Part shown: positions 9,055-18,299 of the stretch, in pieces
How positions within the stretch are numbered: the stretch's first letter is position 1
Layout of the letters: the number at the start of each line of letters is the position of its first letter
Source: a bacterium
Lineage (GTDB): Bacteria; Hinthialibacterota; Hinthialibacteria; Hinthialibacterales; Hinthialibacteraceae
Assembly (NCBI GenBank): GCA_041946805.1
Contig: JBHGBC010000034.1
Location: forward strand, 1-43,775
Length of the DNA stretch: 43,775 nucleotides
Direction: 5' to 3'
The notes under the pieces: model-generated
Databases searched by the model: none
What the model was told of the DNA's origin: nothing
The model's input: only the letters and a program-made list of their open reading frames with translations
Made by a program: the position numbers and the translations under genes

Positions 9055-10263
9055 ATGAATCCCTCTATAGTGAAGCCTCTCGAAAAAAGGGAAACCATGT
9101 GGTCATCCTGGAGACGGTTTTGGACGGTGGAAGATTCCCGGTCGCAGGGAGCCCGGCTGGTCCTCAAGGGGGCGGTGGAAGGCCTGCGGCTGAACGGCAA
9201 GGAAGTCCGGGAGTTTCTGATTCAGACTGATGATCCGGAATTACCCCGGCGCATCCGCGAGGACATCGCGCGTTACCAGCCGGATGTGCTGCTGCTGGCC
9301 AATCACCCCGCCGCGCTTTTTTTGAAACAGGCTGGTATTTCCGAACCTCCTTGCCCATGTCTGGTCTGGCTTTTCGACGATCCCGCCATCATGGGCGCGG
9401 AACGGTTCGGCGGGGATGAGATCGTCCTGGCCTCCGATCCGGGATTCATCGAAGGGGCGCGGAAACGGGGCGCGCGGCGGATATATTTTGTGCCCGTGGC
9501 CGCCCCCGATACGGCAGCCGTGGAGAGGAGAGAGGTTTATGCCGCTCCCCTGGCCTATGTAGGATCGGCTTCCATGCATGACCGCGCCCGGAAGTCCATG
9601 ACTCCCGAAATCGAGCGCTACTTGGATGAGATCATCCGGCGGAAAGTGGAAAATCCGGAAAGGAATTTCACAAAGCTGATGGAGGAACACCCTCTGGCCC
9701 CCAACAAGCAAATCCGCTTGACAGGGCCGCTCTCTTATTTTTTATACACCGATGCCAACCGCTTGTACCGCCTACGCTTTCTGGAAGCCTTGGCCCCCTT
9801 GGGATTGCGCCTGTATGGCGGCGCTTCCTGGATTCCCCAGATTCATGGAACCGAGTTGGAGCCTTGTTTTCAAGGCGGAATCGATTCCCTTACCGAATAC
9901 CCGCATGTGATTCACTCGGTGGACATCAATTTGAATATACGGAGCCTGCAAGGCTTTACGGCCCCGGTGCACCGGGATTTTCTGGTTCCAAGGCTGGGGG
10001 GATTTCTATTGTCCACCGCACCGCAAAAATCCTCATTCCAGTGGAAATGGGCCGATCCCCGGAATTGGTTTCATCTCGATCAATTGGTTTGGTCTCCCGC
10101 ATGCGGCGATCCGCAGTCCATGGTGGAAACCGTCCGGCGGTATCTCGAAAATCCGGCCCTGCGGACAGAATGGACCGAGCGCGCCTCGCGGACCATCGCC
10201 GAGCATCATACGTACGCGAACCGGATGCAGCAGTTGGGGGCATTGCTCGACGCGGCGGGATGA
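9055..10263 (+). CDS. Glycosyltransferase, CgeB/Glyco_trans_1_2-like
   Basis: WLFDDP, LAYVGS, LRLYGG, DINLNI, GGFLLS and C-terminal EHHTYANRM motifs; start codon uncertain (9055 or 9097). Confidence 0.8.
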   Translation: MNPSIVKPLEKRETMWSSWRRFWTVEDSRSQGARLVLKGAVEGLRLNGKEVREFLIQTDDPELPRRIREDIARYQPDVLLLANHPAALFLKQAGISEPPCPCLVWLFDDPAIMGAERFGGDEIVLASDPGFIEGARKRGARRIYFVPVAAPDTAAVERREVYAAPLAYVGSASMHDRARKSMTPEIERYLDEIIRRKVENPERNFTKLMEEHPLAPNKQIRLTGPLSYFLYTDANRLYRLRFLEALAPLGLRLYGGASWIPQIHGTELEPCFQGGIDSLTEYPHVIHSVDINLNIRSLQGFTAPVHRDFLVPRLGGFLLSTAPQKSSFQWKWADPRNWFHLDQLVWSPACGDPQSMVETVRRYLENPALRTEWTERASRTIAEHHTYANRMQQLGALLDAAG

Positions 10264-10433
10264 GCGAAGTCATCGGCAGAGAAGGGGACGAAAGAGCCAT
10301 GGAGGTGAAATATCCTCATCACCTTTGATTACAACCAACCTTTGTGAAAGAATAATCCCTGATGGATTGGTAACCAAGCAGGGGATTCTGTTTCCGGATT
10401 CACTCGATCGGATTGAACGCAAGGAGAATCGTG

Positions 10434-11126
10434 ATGATGAGCCGCGTATGCGTGTGTATTGGTCTGTTACTCATGTTGGGATCTTGTTCGTGGTTCGATT
10501 TTTCTCCTTCCCGCGTCACGGTGAACGACCTCCAGGCGAAATATGTCAACCTCTTCAACGGCGGGAATTTGAACAACTGGGTCATTATGGGCAAACCGGA
10601 GGGATGGAGCGTCGTGAACGGCGTGATCCGCAGCGAGGGGGGAAAAGAAGGCAATTGGTTGCGCTCGGTCAAGGAATACGAGAATTTCATTCTTAATCTG
10701 GAATACAAAGTGTCGCCCGGGGGCAACAGCGGGGTATTCATCCGTTGCGCGCAGGAGGGAAATCCGTGGGAAACCGGGTACGAGTGCCAGATCTCCAACG
10801 AGCAGCCGCCCCGCGACGCCCTGCATTGCACCGGTTCGCTGTATGGCGATGTGGCGGCCGATCCCCGGCCGGATGAAGCGCCTGACGTGTGGCACCGTTA
10901 CGAAATTCTCTGCAAAAACCACCGCCTCCTCGTCATGGTGGACGGCAAGAAAACGGTGGATGTGGATCAACGTCAGGTCGAGGCCATTAAAAACAAGCCG
11001 CTCCGGGGCTACATCGGCCTGCAGGATTCGCACACCGGCGAGGGGATGTACGTGGAGTTCCGGAACATCCGCATCCGGGAACTGCCGCCGGTTGAGCCGG
11101 AGAATAAGGAACCCAAGAACGAATAA
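10434..11126 (+). CDS. DUF1080 (3-keto-glycoside processing) lipoprotein
   Basis: LFNGGNLNNW, YENFILNLEYK, GNSGVFIR, GYECQI, GYIGLQD, VEFRNIRIREL; lipobox LGSC; AAGGAG RBS. Confidence 0.9.
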   Translation: MMSRVCVCIGLLLMLGSCSWFDFSPSRVTVNDLQAKYVNLFNGGNLNNWVIMGKPEGWSVVNGVIRSEGGKEGNWLRSVKEYENFILNLEYKVSPGGNSGVFIRCAQEGNPWETGYECQISNEQPPRDALHCTGSLYGDVAADPRPDEAPDVWHRYEILCKNHRLLVMVDGKKTVDVDQRQVEAIKNKPLRGYIGLQDSHTGEGMYVEFRNIRIRELPPVEPENKEPKNE

Positions 11127-11143
11127 AACTACAAACTGAACTA

Positions 11144-11379
11144 GGTTCTGTCGAGGTTCTTCCTGGCCGTGCGTACATGATGGTGAAAAGGTTTTCCATT
11201 CATGTGATGACAGGGGCGGACACCAAGGTCCGCCCCTACTAAAAATTCCCTCACCCTGGCCCTCTCCCGGAGGGAGAGGGGATTAGAGGTTGAACTCCGA
11301 AGCCGGGCGGAGGAAAGAACGATCACGCTTTCTGGATAAAAAGTATCTGGATAAAATGTACGCACTTACCGGATGAACA
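11144..11379 (+). mobile_element. MITE copy 4 (with an 11-bp duplication at the left end)
   Basis: Left GGTTCTGTCGA-GGTTCTTCCTGGCCGTGCGTAC, right GTACGCACTTACCGGATGAACA; flanks CTGAACTA / ATGAATTA (6/8 match). Confidence 0.85.
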
Positions 11380-11441
11380 ATGAATTATGGGGCCAGCTAT
11401 ATCCAACTTCTTCTAAAAGACATGGGGAAAGGAGTCTGATC

Positions 11442-12542
11442 ATGCGAAGGCAACAATGTGTAGTGGGGATGATTATGTTGTGCCTGATGCCGCCGCTGGC
11501 GGTGGCCGACGTGCTGCTGGACGGATTCGAGAACGACCGCTCCGTTTTGAACGGCCCGGGAACGGACGCGTACTGGAATCAACCGCCCGCGGCCGCATTC
11601 CAGGTCGCGGTGGAAAAGCAAACCGTGTATGCCGGCGCCGCCGCCCTGAAAGTCACCTGGGAAAACAAGGACCTCTGGCCGAATTTCGTTTTGGGTCAGT
11701 TGGATAAAAACGCCAACGTGGGGAACCGTTTCAACGACGCGGACGCCCTGCGCATGGCCATCGCCGGCCCGGGGGGCAACATCATCCTTAAACTGGTGGA
11801 CACAAACGGCACGACGACCGGAGACCTGGCGAGTGTCACCGTTTCCGGCGGCGATGATTACCAGGTGTATGAGTTCCCTTATTTCAGCGCGGCCGAGAAT
11901 TTTCCCATCGATCTCACCAAGATCGCCGAAATCTGGCTGCTGGTGGACGCAGGGAAAAGCAAGACCAGCGGGACCATTTATATCGACTCCATCGAACTGA
12001 TCGCCGGAACCGGCGCGGACGCGCAGGTGGTGGCGGTGGTCGATGATTTCGACAACGACGGTTCGATCGAGGACGATCCCAACGCCCCCGATTCCCAGCC
12101 GTCCGGCTATTCGCTGATGCCCGGCCCGTATGTGACCAGCGTGGTGGACGATCCCGCGGGCACGGGAGACGCGGCGCTGAAGGTGGATTACAACACCAGC
12201 CCGTGGAACGTGCTATGGGTGGGTGAGTTGGACATGACCGACTGGAGCTGGGCGGAAGCAGTTTCCATCGACATCTACGGCACGGCGGGCGGGATCCTGC
12301 TGAAACTCAAGGACGCCGATGGAGCGGAGCAGGAACCCTCGGGGGGTACGGTCCGGCATGACGTCAACCAATGGGATACATTCACCTGGGGGTTGGAAAA
12401 TGTCACCGCGGTGGACCTGACGCGCATGGGCCGGCTGATCGTCTTTGTGGAAGGCCCCACGGGCGGAAGCGGGACGGTTTATTTCGACAATCTCCAACTA
12501 ATCGGCCCGGTCACCCGTCTGAAACAATGGGAACTGTATTGA
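11442..12542 (+). CDS. Secreted protein with two tandem carbohydrate-binding-like (CBM11/galactose-binding-like) domains and C-terminal WELY motif
   Basis: Signal peptide ending AVA; two repeats (LLDGFEND..ALKVTW..IILKLVD..GTIYIDSIEL / VVDDFDND..ALKVDY..ILLKLKD..GTVYFDNLQL); AAGGAG RBS. Confidence 0.7.
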   Translation: MRRQQCVVGMIMLCLMPPLAVADVLLDGFENDRSVLNGPGTDAYWNQPPAAAFQVAVEKQTVYAGAAALKVTWENKDLWPNFVLGQLDKNANVGNRFNDADALRMAIAGPGGNIILKLVDTNGTTTGDLASVTVSGGDDYQVYEFPYFSAAENFPIDLTKIAEIWLLVDAGKSKTSGTIYIDSIELIAGTGADAQVVAVVDDFDNDGSIEDDPNAPDSQPSGYSLMPGPYVTSVVDDPAGTGDAALKVDYNTSPWNVLWVGELDMTDWSWAEAVSIDIYGTAGGILLKLKDADGAEQEPSGGTVRHDVNQWDTFTWGLENVTAVDLTRMGRLIVFVEGPTGGSGTVYFDNLQLIGPVTRLKQWELY

Positions 12543-12615
12543 CAGCCCCGGCGGGAAAGATGCGCCATTTTCGCGCTGGCCTCATTTCACTTCGGCCTAA
12601 CGTAAAATCCAAATT

Positions 12616-12648
12616 CCCTCTCCCTTTGGGAGAGGGGCAGGGTGAGGG
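12616..12648 (-). repeat. Family A hairpin repeat
   Basis: CCCTCTCCCTTTGGGAGAGGGGCAGGGTGAGGG. Confidence 0.85.
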
Positions 12649-12698
12649 AGGGCTTTTGGGCACCATGACGCTCCTGCTGAGCGCGTAAAGGATTCGGA

Positions 12699-13733
12699 AT
12701 GACCCAACCCATACGCATCGGTTTCGTCGGCGCGGGCGGCATCGTGCATTCCCGCCATGCGCCGAATCTGCAAAACATCGAGGGTGTGGAACTGGTTTCG
12801 GTGTGCAACCGGAGCCGGGATTCCAGCGAACGGACCGCCCAGGCCTTCGGCCTGCGCAAGGTGTTCACGGATTGGCGCGAGCTGGTTCATGATCCGGACA
12901 TCGACGTGGTCTGGATCGGCGCCTGGCCGTATCTGCATTGCCCGGTCACCCTGGAGGCGCTGGCGGCAGGGAAACACGTGTTCTGCCAGGCGCGCATGGC
13001 GATGAATGTGAAGGAAGCCCGCCTGATGCGCGATGCGGCGAAATCGTCCGGCCGCGTAACCATGCTCTGCCCCCCGCCCATGGGCATGAAGGGCGATCGG
13101 ATGATAAGGAAAATTCTCCAGGACGGCGTGTTGGGAGAGTTGTACACCGTCCATTTCCGGGACGTCTCGGGCATCTATCTCGATCCCAGCGCGCCGCTGT
13201 CGTGGCGGCAACGCGAAGACCTGTCCGGTTTCAACACCCTGACCGTGGGCATTGGCGCCGAAGTGGTGCACCGCTGGCTGGGCTGCGCGCGGAACGTGAC
13301 CGCCCAGGCCAAGACCTTCATCCCCGAACGTCCCAGCCTGGAAGGCGGTCCGAGGCCGGTCACCCGCCCCGACGTGGTCATGGCCCTCAGTGAGATGGAA
13401 AATGGCGCGTTGACGCGCTGGGAATGGAGTGCGCTCGCCTCGCCCGATCCCATCTGCTGCCTCACGGTGTACGGCCGGGACGGGGCGTTGCATTACGATT
13501 TCAAGACGGACGAAATCACTCTCTCCAAGCAGGGCGGCGTGTGGGAATCCGTAACCATTCCCCCGGACATGATTCAATCGTGGACCGTGGAGCCGGATTT
13601 CATCGCCGCGATTCGTGAGGGCAAAGAAGTTCATCCCGATTTCGAAGACGGGGTTAAATACATGGAATTCACCGAGGCGGTTTTCCGCTCGGCGGAAAGC
13701 GGCCGGCGGATCGATTTGCCGCTGGAGGATTGA
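12699..13733 (+). CDS. Gfo/Idh/MocA family oxidoreductase
   Basis: IRIGFVGAGGI Rossmann motif, DPDIDVVWIG, ALAAGKHVFCQARMA, PDFEDG. Confidence 0.92.
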   Translation: MTQPIRIGFVGAGGIVHSRHAPNLQNIEGVELVSVCNRSRDSSERTAQAFGLRKVFTDWRELVHDPDIDVVWIGAWPYLHCPVTLEALAAGKHVFCQARMAMNVKEARLMRDAAKSSGRVTMLCPPPMGMKGDRMIRKILQDGVLGELYTVHFRDVSGIYLDPSAPLSWRQREDLSGFNTLTVGIGAEVVHRWLGCARNVTAQAKTFIPERPSLEGGPRPVTRPDVVMALSEMENGALTRWEWSALASPDPICCLTVYGRDGALHYDFKTDEITLSKQGGVWESVTIPPDMIQSWTVEPDFIAAIREGKEVHPDFEDGVKYMEFTEAVFRSAESGRRIDLPLED

Positions 13734-13797
13734 TGGAGAATGTCTTATGAAAAGTTGGATGGATTAGCGCGCAACGCGTACCCTATCAAAATCCCTG

Positions 13798-14415
13798 GTG
13801 TACAGACCTTTGTGGTGCAACCCCTTGAACCAATCCTTCACGCTCATTGAATTGCTCATCGTAGTGGCGGTCATCGGCATCCTGGCGGCGATCGCGGTTC
13901 CGAATTTTCTCCAGGCCCAGATCCGCGCCAAGGTGGCCCGCGCGGCCGGCAACATGCGGACCGTGGAGACCGGGCTGGAAGCCTACCGCATCGATAAGGG
14001 GACCTATCCCCGTTGGGCCTGGGATGGCTGGGGAAATCCCGATCTGCACTACACGGGATTCCGCGACCTGACCACGCCCGTGGCTTACGTCTTCAGCGCG
14101 GACGCGTTCAGCAATCCCTTCCGCGCTCCGGTTCAAAAGCAGCATCAGGTCGCGGACGGGCGGGAACTCGATCCCTATTTCGAACTGGGCACGTTTCAAT
14201 ACAAGACTGGGAATAAATACGATTACAATGTATTTCCCCGCAATGTATGGCTGCTGGAGAGTTCCGGCCCGGATTCGGCGGACGATTACGACGGCCAATC
14301 GTTTCCCGTTCCCGCCCTCATTTATCAGCCGAGCAATGGCGTGCTCAGCCGGGGCGATATTTTCCGCGGCGGAGGCTCCCATGTTCCCTCCTGGGCCACG
14401 GCGTTGACTTACTGA
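13798..14415 (+). CDS. Prepilin-type N-terminal cleavage/methylation (GspG-like) protein
   Basis: NQS/FTLIELLIVVAVIGILAAIAVPNFLQAQIRAKVAR; paralogue of 23682-24308. Confidence 0.88.
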   Translation: MYRPLWCNPLNQSFTLIELLIVVAVIGILAAIAVPNFLQAQIRAKVARAAGNMRTVETGLEAYRIDKGTYPRWAWDGWGNPDLHYTGFRDLTTPVAYVFSADAFSNPFRAPVQKQHQVADGRELDPYFELGTFQYKTGNKYDYNVFPRNVWLLESSGPDSADDYDGQSFPVPALIYQPSNGVLSRGDIFRGGGSHVPSWATALTY

Positions 14416-14531
14416 ATCGGTATATTGAGCCGGCCGCGCGTAGCCCTTGGAGATCGTATCCCTTCGGCGCGTCAGAATTTAAGATATATTTCTGCCAAAT
14501 AACCATTTACCGGTTGGCAACACAGTTTTTA

Positions 14532-14614
14532 AGCGCCCACGATGCGCGAGAAGCGAGTCCCAACGCCCAGGGAATCGGTTACCGATGAAACCCTAGCCCT
14601 GTAAGAGCGAAATA
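14532..14614 (+). repeat. Palindromic repeat family C (degenerate)
   Basis: AGCGCCCACGATGCGCGAGAAG...AGCCCTGTAAGAGCGAAATA, similar to the reverse complement of 6351-6439. Confidence 0.65.
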
Positions 14615-14668
14615 GATATTTTCCTTGCGAAGGTGTGAACAGATACGTATTGTCAATCCTCGTGATTT

Positions 14669-14701
14669 CCCTAATCCCGGCCCTCTCCCAGAGGGAGAGG
14701 G
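14669..14701 (+). repeat. Family A hairpin repeat
   Basis: CCCTAATCCCGGCCCTCTCCCAGAGGGAGAGGG. Confidence 0.8.
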
Positions 14702-14867
14702 AGAGGTAAAGTGGCCTTTTCAGGATACCGATGCGCATCTTGTGACAATGAGGTTTTCATTTTTTGTGATGATTTACTGATACCAAGAACCGTTTCTCGC
14801 AACGACGGCGCAGTAGAAGATATCTTAGGGCCATGTTCTGGGAAAATAGCCTGAAAAGTAATCAATT

Positions 14868-14920
14868 CCCTCTCCCTCTGGGAGAGGGTTAGGGTGAGGG
14901 AAGCCCTCTAAGGGCGCCAT
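14868..14920 (-). repeat. Family A hairpin repeat with flank
   Basis: CCCTCTCCCTCTGGGAGAGGGTTAGGGTGAGGG AAGCCCTCTAAGGGCGCCAT; matches 21949-22001. Confidence 0.85.
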
Positions 14921-14976
14921 ATATTCATTATATTCGTGCATCCGGGAAACCTGCTGCAATCCTGAAAAAAAATACA

Positions 14977-16404
14977 ATGCCGATGCCCATGACCAACGAT
15001 CCCAAGCCGGTTTTTTTTCATAATACCGAAACCAACCGCAAGGAGCCATTTCAAAGCATCGAGCCGGGGCATGTCCGCATGTACACCTGCGGCCCGACGA
15101 TCTATGACTACGCCCATATCGGCAATTACCGGGCGTATCTGTTCGAAGACATCCTGCGGCGCTATCTCCAATACCGGGGATTCCGGGTCACGCAGGTCAT
15201 GAACCTGACCGACGTGGAAGACAAGATCATCCGCAAGGCCCGGGAGCGGTCGGTTTCGATTTTCGAAATCACGAAACCGTTCGAGCAGGCGTTCTTCGAG
15301 GATCTCGACACCCTCGGCGTCGAACGGGCGGAATATTATCCCAAGGCCACGGATCATATTCCCGAAATGGTGGAATTGATCAAGTCCTTGCGGGACAAGG
15401 GGCTGACGTACGAGAAAGAAGGCTCCATTTATTTCCGCGTAAGCGCGTTCAAGGATTACGGGCGCTTGTCCGGCAACCGTCCCGATTCGCTCAAGCCCGG
15501 CGCGCGCGTCGACACGGACGAATACGAGAAGGAAGAGGTCTCCGATTTCGTCCTCTGGAAAGCCCGCAAGGAAGGCGAGCATTTTTGGGAGACGGAGCTG
15601 GGGCCGGGACGGCCGGGATGGCATATTGAATGCTCGGCCATGTCGATGAAATACCTGGGGCCGCATTTCGACATCCACACCGGCGGGGAAGACAACATTT
15701 TCCCGCATCATGAGAATGAAATCGCGCAAAGCGAAGGCGCGACGGGCGGGCGGTTCGTCAACTACTGGCTGCATTGCCGCCATCTGCTGGTGGGCGGCGA
15801 GAAGATGGCCAAGTCGAAGGGCAATTTCTTTACCCTGCGCGATTTGATCCAGCAGGGAAATCACCCGATGGCCTTGCGTTATTTCATCATCTCCAGCCAT
15901 TACCGCAGCCCGATCAACCTGACCCCGGAAGGGCTGAAGGCGGCGCACGCAGCCTGGAGCCGGATCATGGATTTCCACACCCGCCTGCGCGAAGGGATCC
16001 AGACGGGCCAGGGAGGGGTATACTCCTCCGGATTGGAAACGGAGCGGCAAACCTGCGTTCAGCGTTTTGAGGAACACATGAACGACGACCTCGACATGCC
16101 CCGGGCGGTGGCGGCGTTGTTCGATTTCATCCGCGAAGCCAACAAGATCCTGGACGCCGGCCCGGTCGAGCGCGGCCAGCTGCAATCCGTGATGGACACC
16201 CTGCGGCGGATCGACACGGTGCTGGGCGTGATCCGCGAGGATGAGCCGATGCTGGATGAAGAGATCGAGCGGCTGATCCAAGACCGGCAGCAAGCCCGGA
16301 AACGGCGCGATTTCACCGCCGCAGACGCGATCCGGGACCAGCTGGCCGCCCGGGGGATCGTTTTGGAAGATACGCGCGAGGGCGTGCGCTGGAAACGCCG
16401 GTGA
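14977..16404 (+). CDS. cysS: Cysteine--tRNA ligase
   Basis: MYTCGPTIYDYAHIGN, PGWHIECSAMS, DIHTGGED.IFPHHENE, KMAKSKGNF, ADAIRDQL. Confidence 0.98.
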   Translation: MPMPMTNDPKPVFFHNTETNRKEPFQSIEPGHVRMYTCGPTIYDYAHIGNYRAYLFEDILRRYLQYRGFRVTQVMNLTDVEDKIIRKARERSVSIFEITKPFEQAFFEDLDTLGVERAEYYPKATDHIPEMVELIKSLRDKGLTYEKEGSIYFRVSAFKDYGRLSGNRPDSLKPGARVDTDEYEKEEVSDFVLWKARKEGEHFWETELGPGRPGWHIECSAMSMKYLGPHFDIHTGGEDNIFPHHENEIAQSEGATGGRFVNYWLHCRHLLVGGEKMAKSKGNFFTLRDLIQQGNHPMALRYFIISSHYRSPINLTPEGLKAAHAAWSRIMDFHTRLREGIQTGQGGVYSSGLETERQTCVQRFEEHMNDDLDMPRAVAALFDFIREANKILDAGPVERGQLQSVMDTLRRIDTVLGVIREDEPMLDEEIERLIQDRQQARKRRDFTAADAIRDQLAARGIVLEDTREGVRWKRR

Positions 16405-16458
16405 ATTCCCGTCGATGATTCAGCACGGCGTCCACTCGATGGTAGGGGTGGGAGGACC

Positions 16459-17559
16459 ATGAAACAAACGAAAACCAATCCGTATTACACCCGGAAAATC
16501 GAACCGGCCGGGATCCGCAAGAACATGCCGGTCATGGAGTTGATCGATGAATGCTTCACGGCGTTCAACGCCCGCAATCTTCGCAACGCCTGCCGGTTGT
16601 TCGTGGACCGGGTTCTCTCCGAGAACACGGCCATCGGCCTGAGCGTCTCAGGCGCTTTGACGCCCGCTGGATTGGGCCGGTCCTGCCTGGCGCCGCTTAT
16701 CCAATCCGGCTACGTGGATTGGATCGTCAGCACCGGGGCCAACCTGTATCACGACATGCACGCCAGCCTGGGATACGCCATGTATGAAGGATCGCCCACG
16801 GTGGATGACCGGGAGTTGCGGAAAAACGAGGTGATCCGGATTCACGATATTTACTTCAAGGCGGACGCCCTGTTCGACACGGACCGCTTCATCCGGGACC
16901 TCTTCCGGTCCATCCCCTTCGAGCAACCGGTCTCCAGCGCGGAAGTGCATTCCATCCTGGGCCATGAGTTGCTCAAGCGCTGGCCGGACAGCCACAATTA
17001 CAGCGTGCTGGCCGCCGCCGCCAAGATGGATGTGCCCGTGCATACCTCCAGCCCCGGCGATTCGAGCATCGGCATGAATCTCGCCGGCCTGGCGCTCGAG
17101 GGCAAGGGGCCGCGGATCGATCCCTGCCTGGATGTCAACCTCACCGCGGCCTGGGTCTATCACGCCAAAAAGAACAAGGGCCGGACCGCGGCGGTCATCC
17201 TGGGCGGCGGCAGCCCCAAGAATTTTCTGCTGCAGACCGAACCGCAAATCCAAGAAGTGTTGGGCCTCAAGGAAGCGGGGCAGGATTATTTCATCCAATT
17301 CACCGACGCGCGGGTCGACACCGGCGGGCTGAGCGGAGCGACGCCTTCCGAAGCGGTCACGTGGGGGAAGATCGATCCCGCCATGCTGCCCCATTCGCTG
17401 GTGTGTTACGGGGATTGCTCGGTGTATCTTCCGCTCTTCACGGCCTACGCGATGAACTCGGGAATCAAGCGGAAGCCGCGGCGGTTGTGGAAATCCTGGC
17501 GGGAGACGTTGGAGTTTCTGGAAAAAGCCTACCGCCGCTCGGCCACGTGGGGGAAATAG
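16459..17559 (+). CDS. Deoxyhypusine synthase-like protein (bacterial; probably homospermidine/polyamine synthesis)
   Basis: SGALTPAG, STGANLYHD, SPGDSSIG, GGGSPKNF, GGLSGATPSEAVTWGK with the catalytic Lys. Confidence 0.92.
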   Translation: MKQTKTNPYYTRKIEPAGIRKNMPVMELIDECFTAFNARNLRNACRLFVDRVLSENTAIGLSVSGALTPAGLGRSCLAPLIQSGYVDWIVSTGANLYHDMHASLGYAMYEGSPTVDDRELRKNEVIRIHDIYFKADALFDTDRFIRDLFRSIPFEQPVSSAEVHSILGHELLKRWPDSHNYSVLAAAAKMDVPVHTSSPGDSSIGMNLAGLALEGKGPRIDPCLDVNLTAAWVYHAKKNKGRTAAVILGGGSPKNFLLQTEPQIQEVLGLKEAGQDYFIQFTDARVDTGGLSGATPSEAVTWGKIDPAMLPHSLVCYGDCSVYLPLFTAYAMNSGIKRKPRRLWKSWRETLEFLEKAYRRSATWGK

Positions 17560-17788
17560 GATTAATCAAAACATTCCCTCGAAATAAATGCGCTGCTGGT
17601 GAGATGGAAGCGAAACGAAAAGCACTCCCCTCCCTATGAGTCGATCGGATCCTTCCTGTTTTTGTCGGATGTGATCTCCTTTTGGCGGAACGTTATCCTC
17701 ATCTGATGGATGGCAACTGTTTACCGGAATCCAGTACTTTCTCACTGCACGATTCGTGACAAGAGGATGGATGGAAATGCTTAACCAA

Positions 17789-17860
17789 CCCTCTCCCTCT
17801 GGGAGAAGGTTGGAGTGAGAGAAGCCCGGAAAGAACGGAATTCATCCTTTCCCTGCAATG
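17789..17860 (-). repeat. Family A hairpin repeat with flank (degenerate)
   Basis: CCCTCTCCCTCTGGGAGAAGGTTGGAGTGAGAGAAGCCCGG...TCCTTTCCCTGCAATG. Confidence 0.75.
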
Positions 17861-17879
17861 AGTCAACAGTTACAGCGCT

Positions 17880-18299
17880 TCAAAACAACCGCTCAAAGTG
17901 CTTGGGATTGTCCGGCTCGTGGGACCGGTCGATCCAGTACGAGTCCTGGTTGCCCGGGAATTGGAGCGCCAGCAGGTCGCGGCCGATCAGTTTTTGAATC
18001 AAAGAGACTGCGGTGAAAATGAGATAGAAGATCGCGCACAAAATCGCGTTGGATATGATCCAACTAAGCACTCCGGCGATTTTCATCCAAATCCGGAAAA
18101 CCGGCCGCAAACCGGCGGGGTAAAGCAGACCGGGAGCGAGAAAGACCAGGAACGCGGCCATCCACAATCCATAGGCGGTGGGCGCGTGGCCTTTCCACCA
18201 CACCAGCCCGCCAATCACCAGGAAGAAAAGTGTCATCCCGAAGCCAAAATTCCGGAGGTCCCTCGGTGTCGCGTTTTCGGGAGTCATTTTTTTAGTCAA
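17880..18299 (-). CDS. SxtJ family membrane protein
   Basis: DLRNFG, WMKIAGVLSWI, IFYLIFT, GRDLL, SYWIDR, FERLF; overlaps the carbamoyltransferase stop. Confidence 0.85.
   Translation of the reverse strand: MTKKMTPENATPRDLRNFGFGMTLFFLVIGGLVWWKGHAPTAYGLWMAAFLVFLAPGLLYPAGLRPVFRIWMKIAGVLSWIISNAILCAIFYLIFTAVSLIQKLIGRDLLALQFPGNQDSYWIDRSHEPDNPKHFERLF

Noticed and set aside
14900..14976. T-box leader before cysS (also checked upstream of proS)
   Set aside because: No GGTGGnACCGCG T-box motif or terminator is visible
17690..17750. Minus-strand peptide VRKYWIPV as an SxtK/DUF5989 remnant
   Set aside because: The resemblance is too short and the expected hydrophobic segment does not follow
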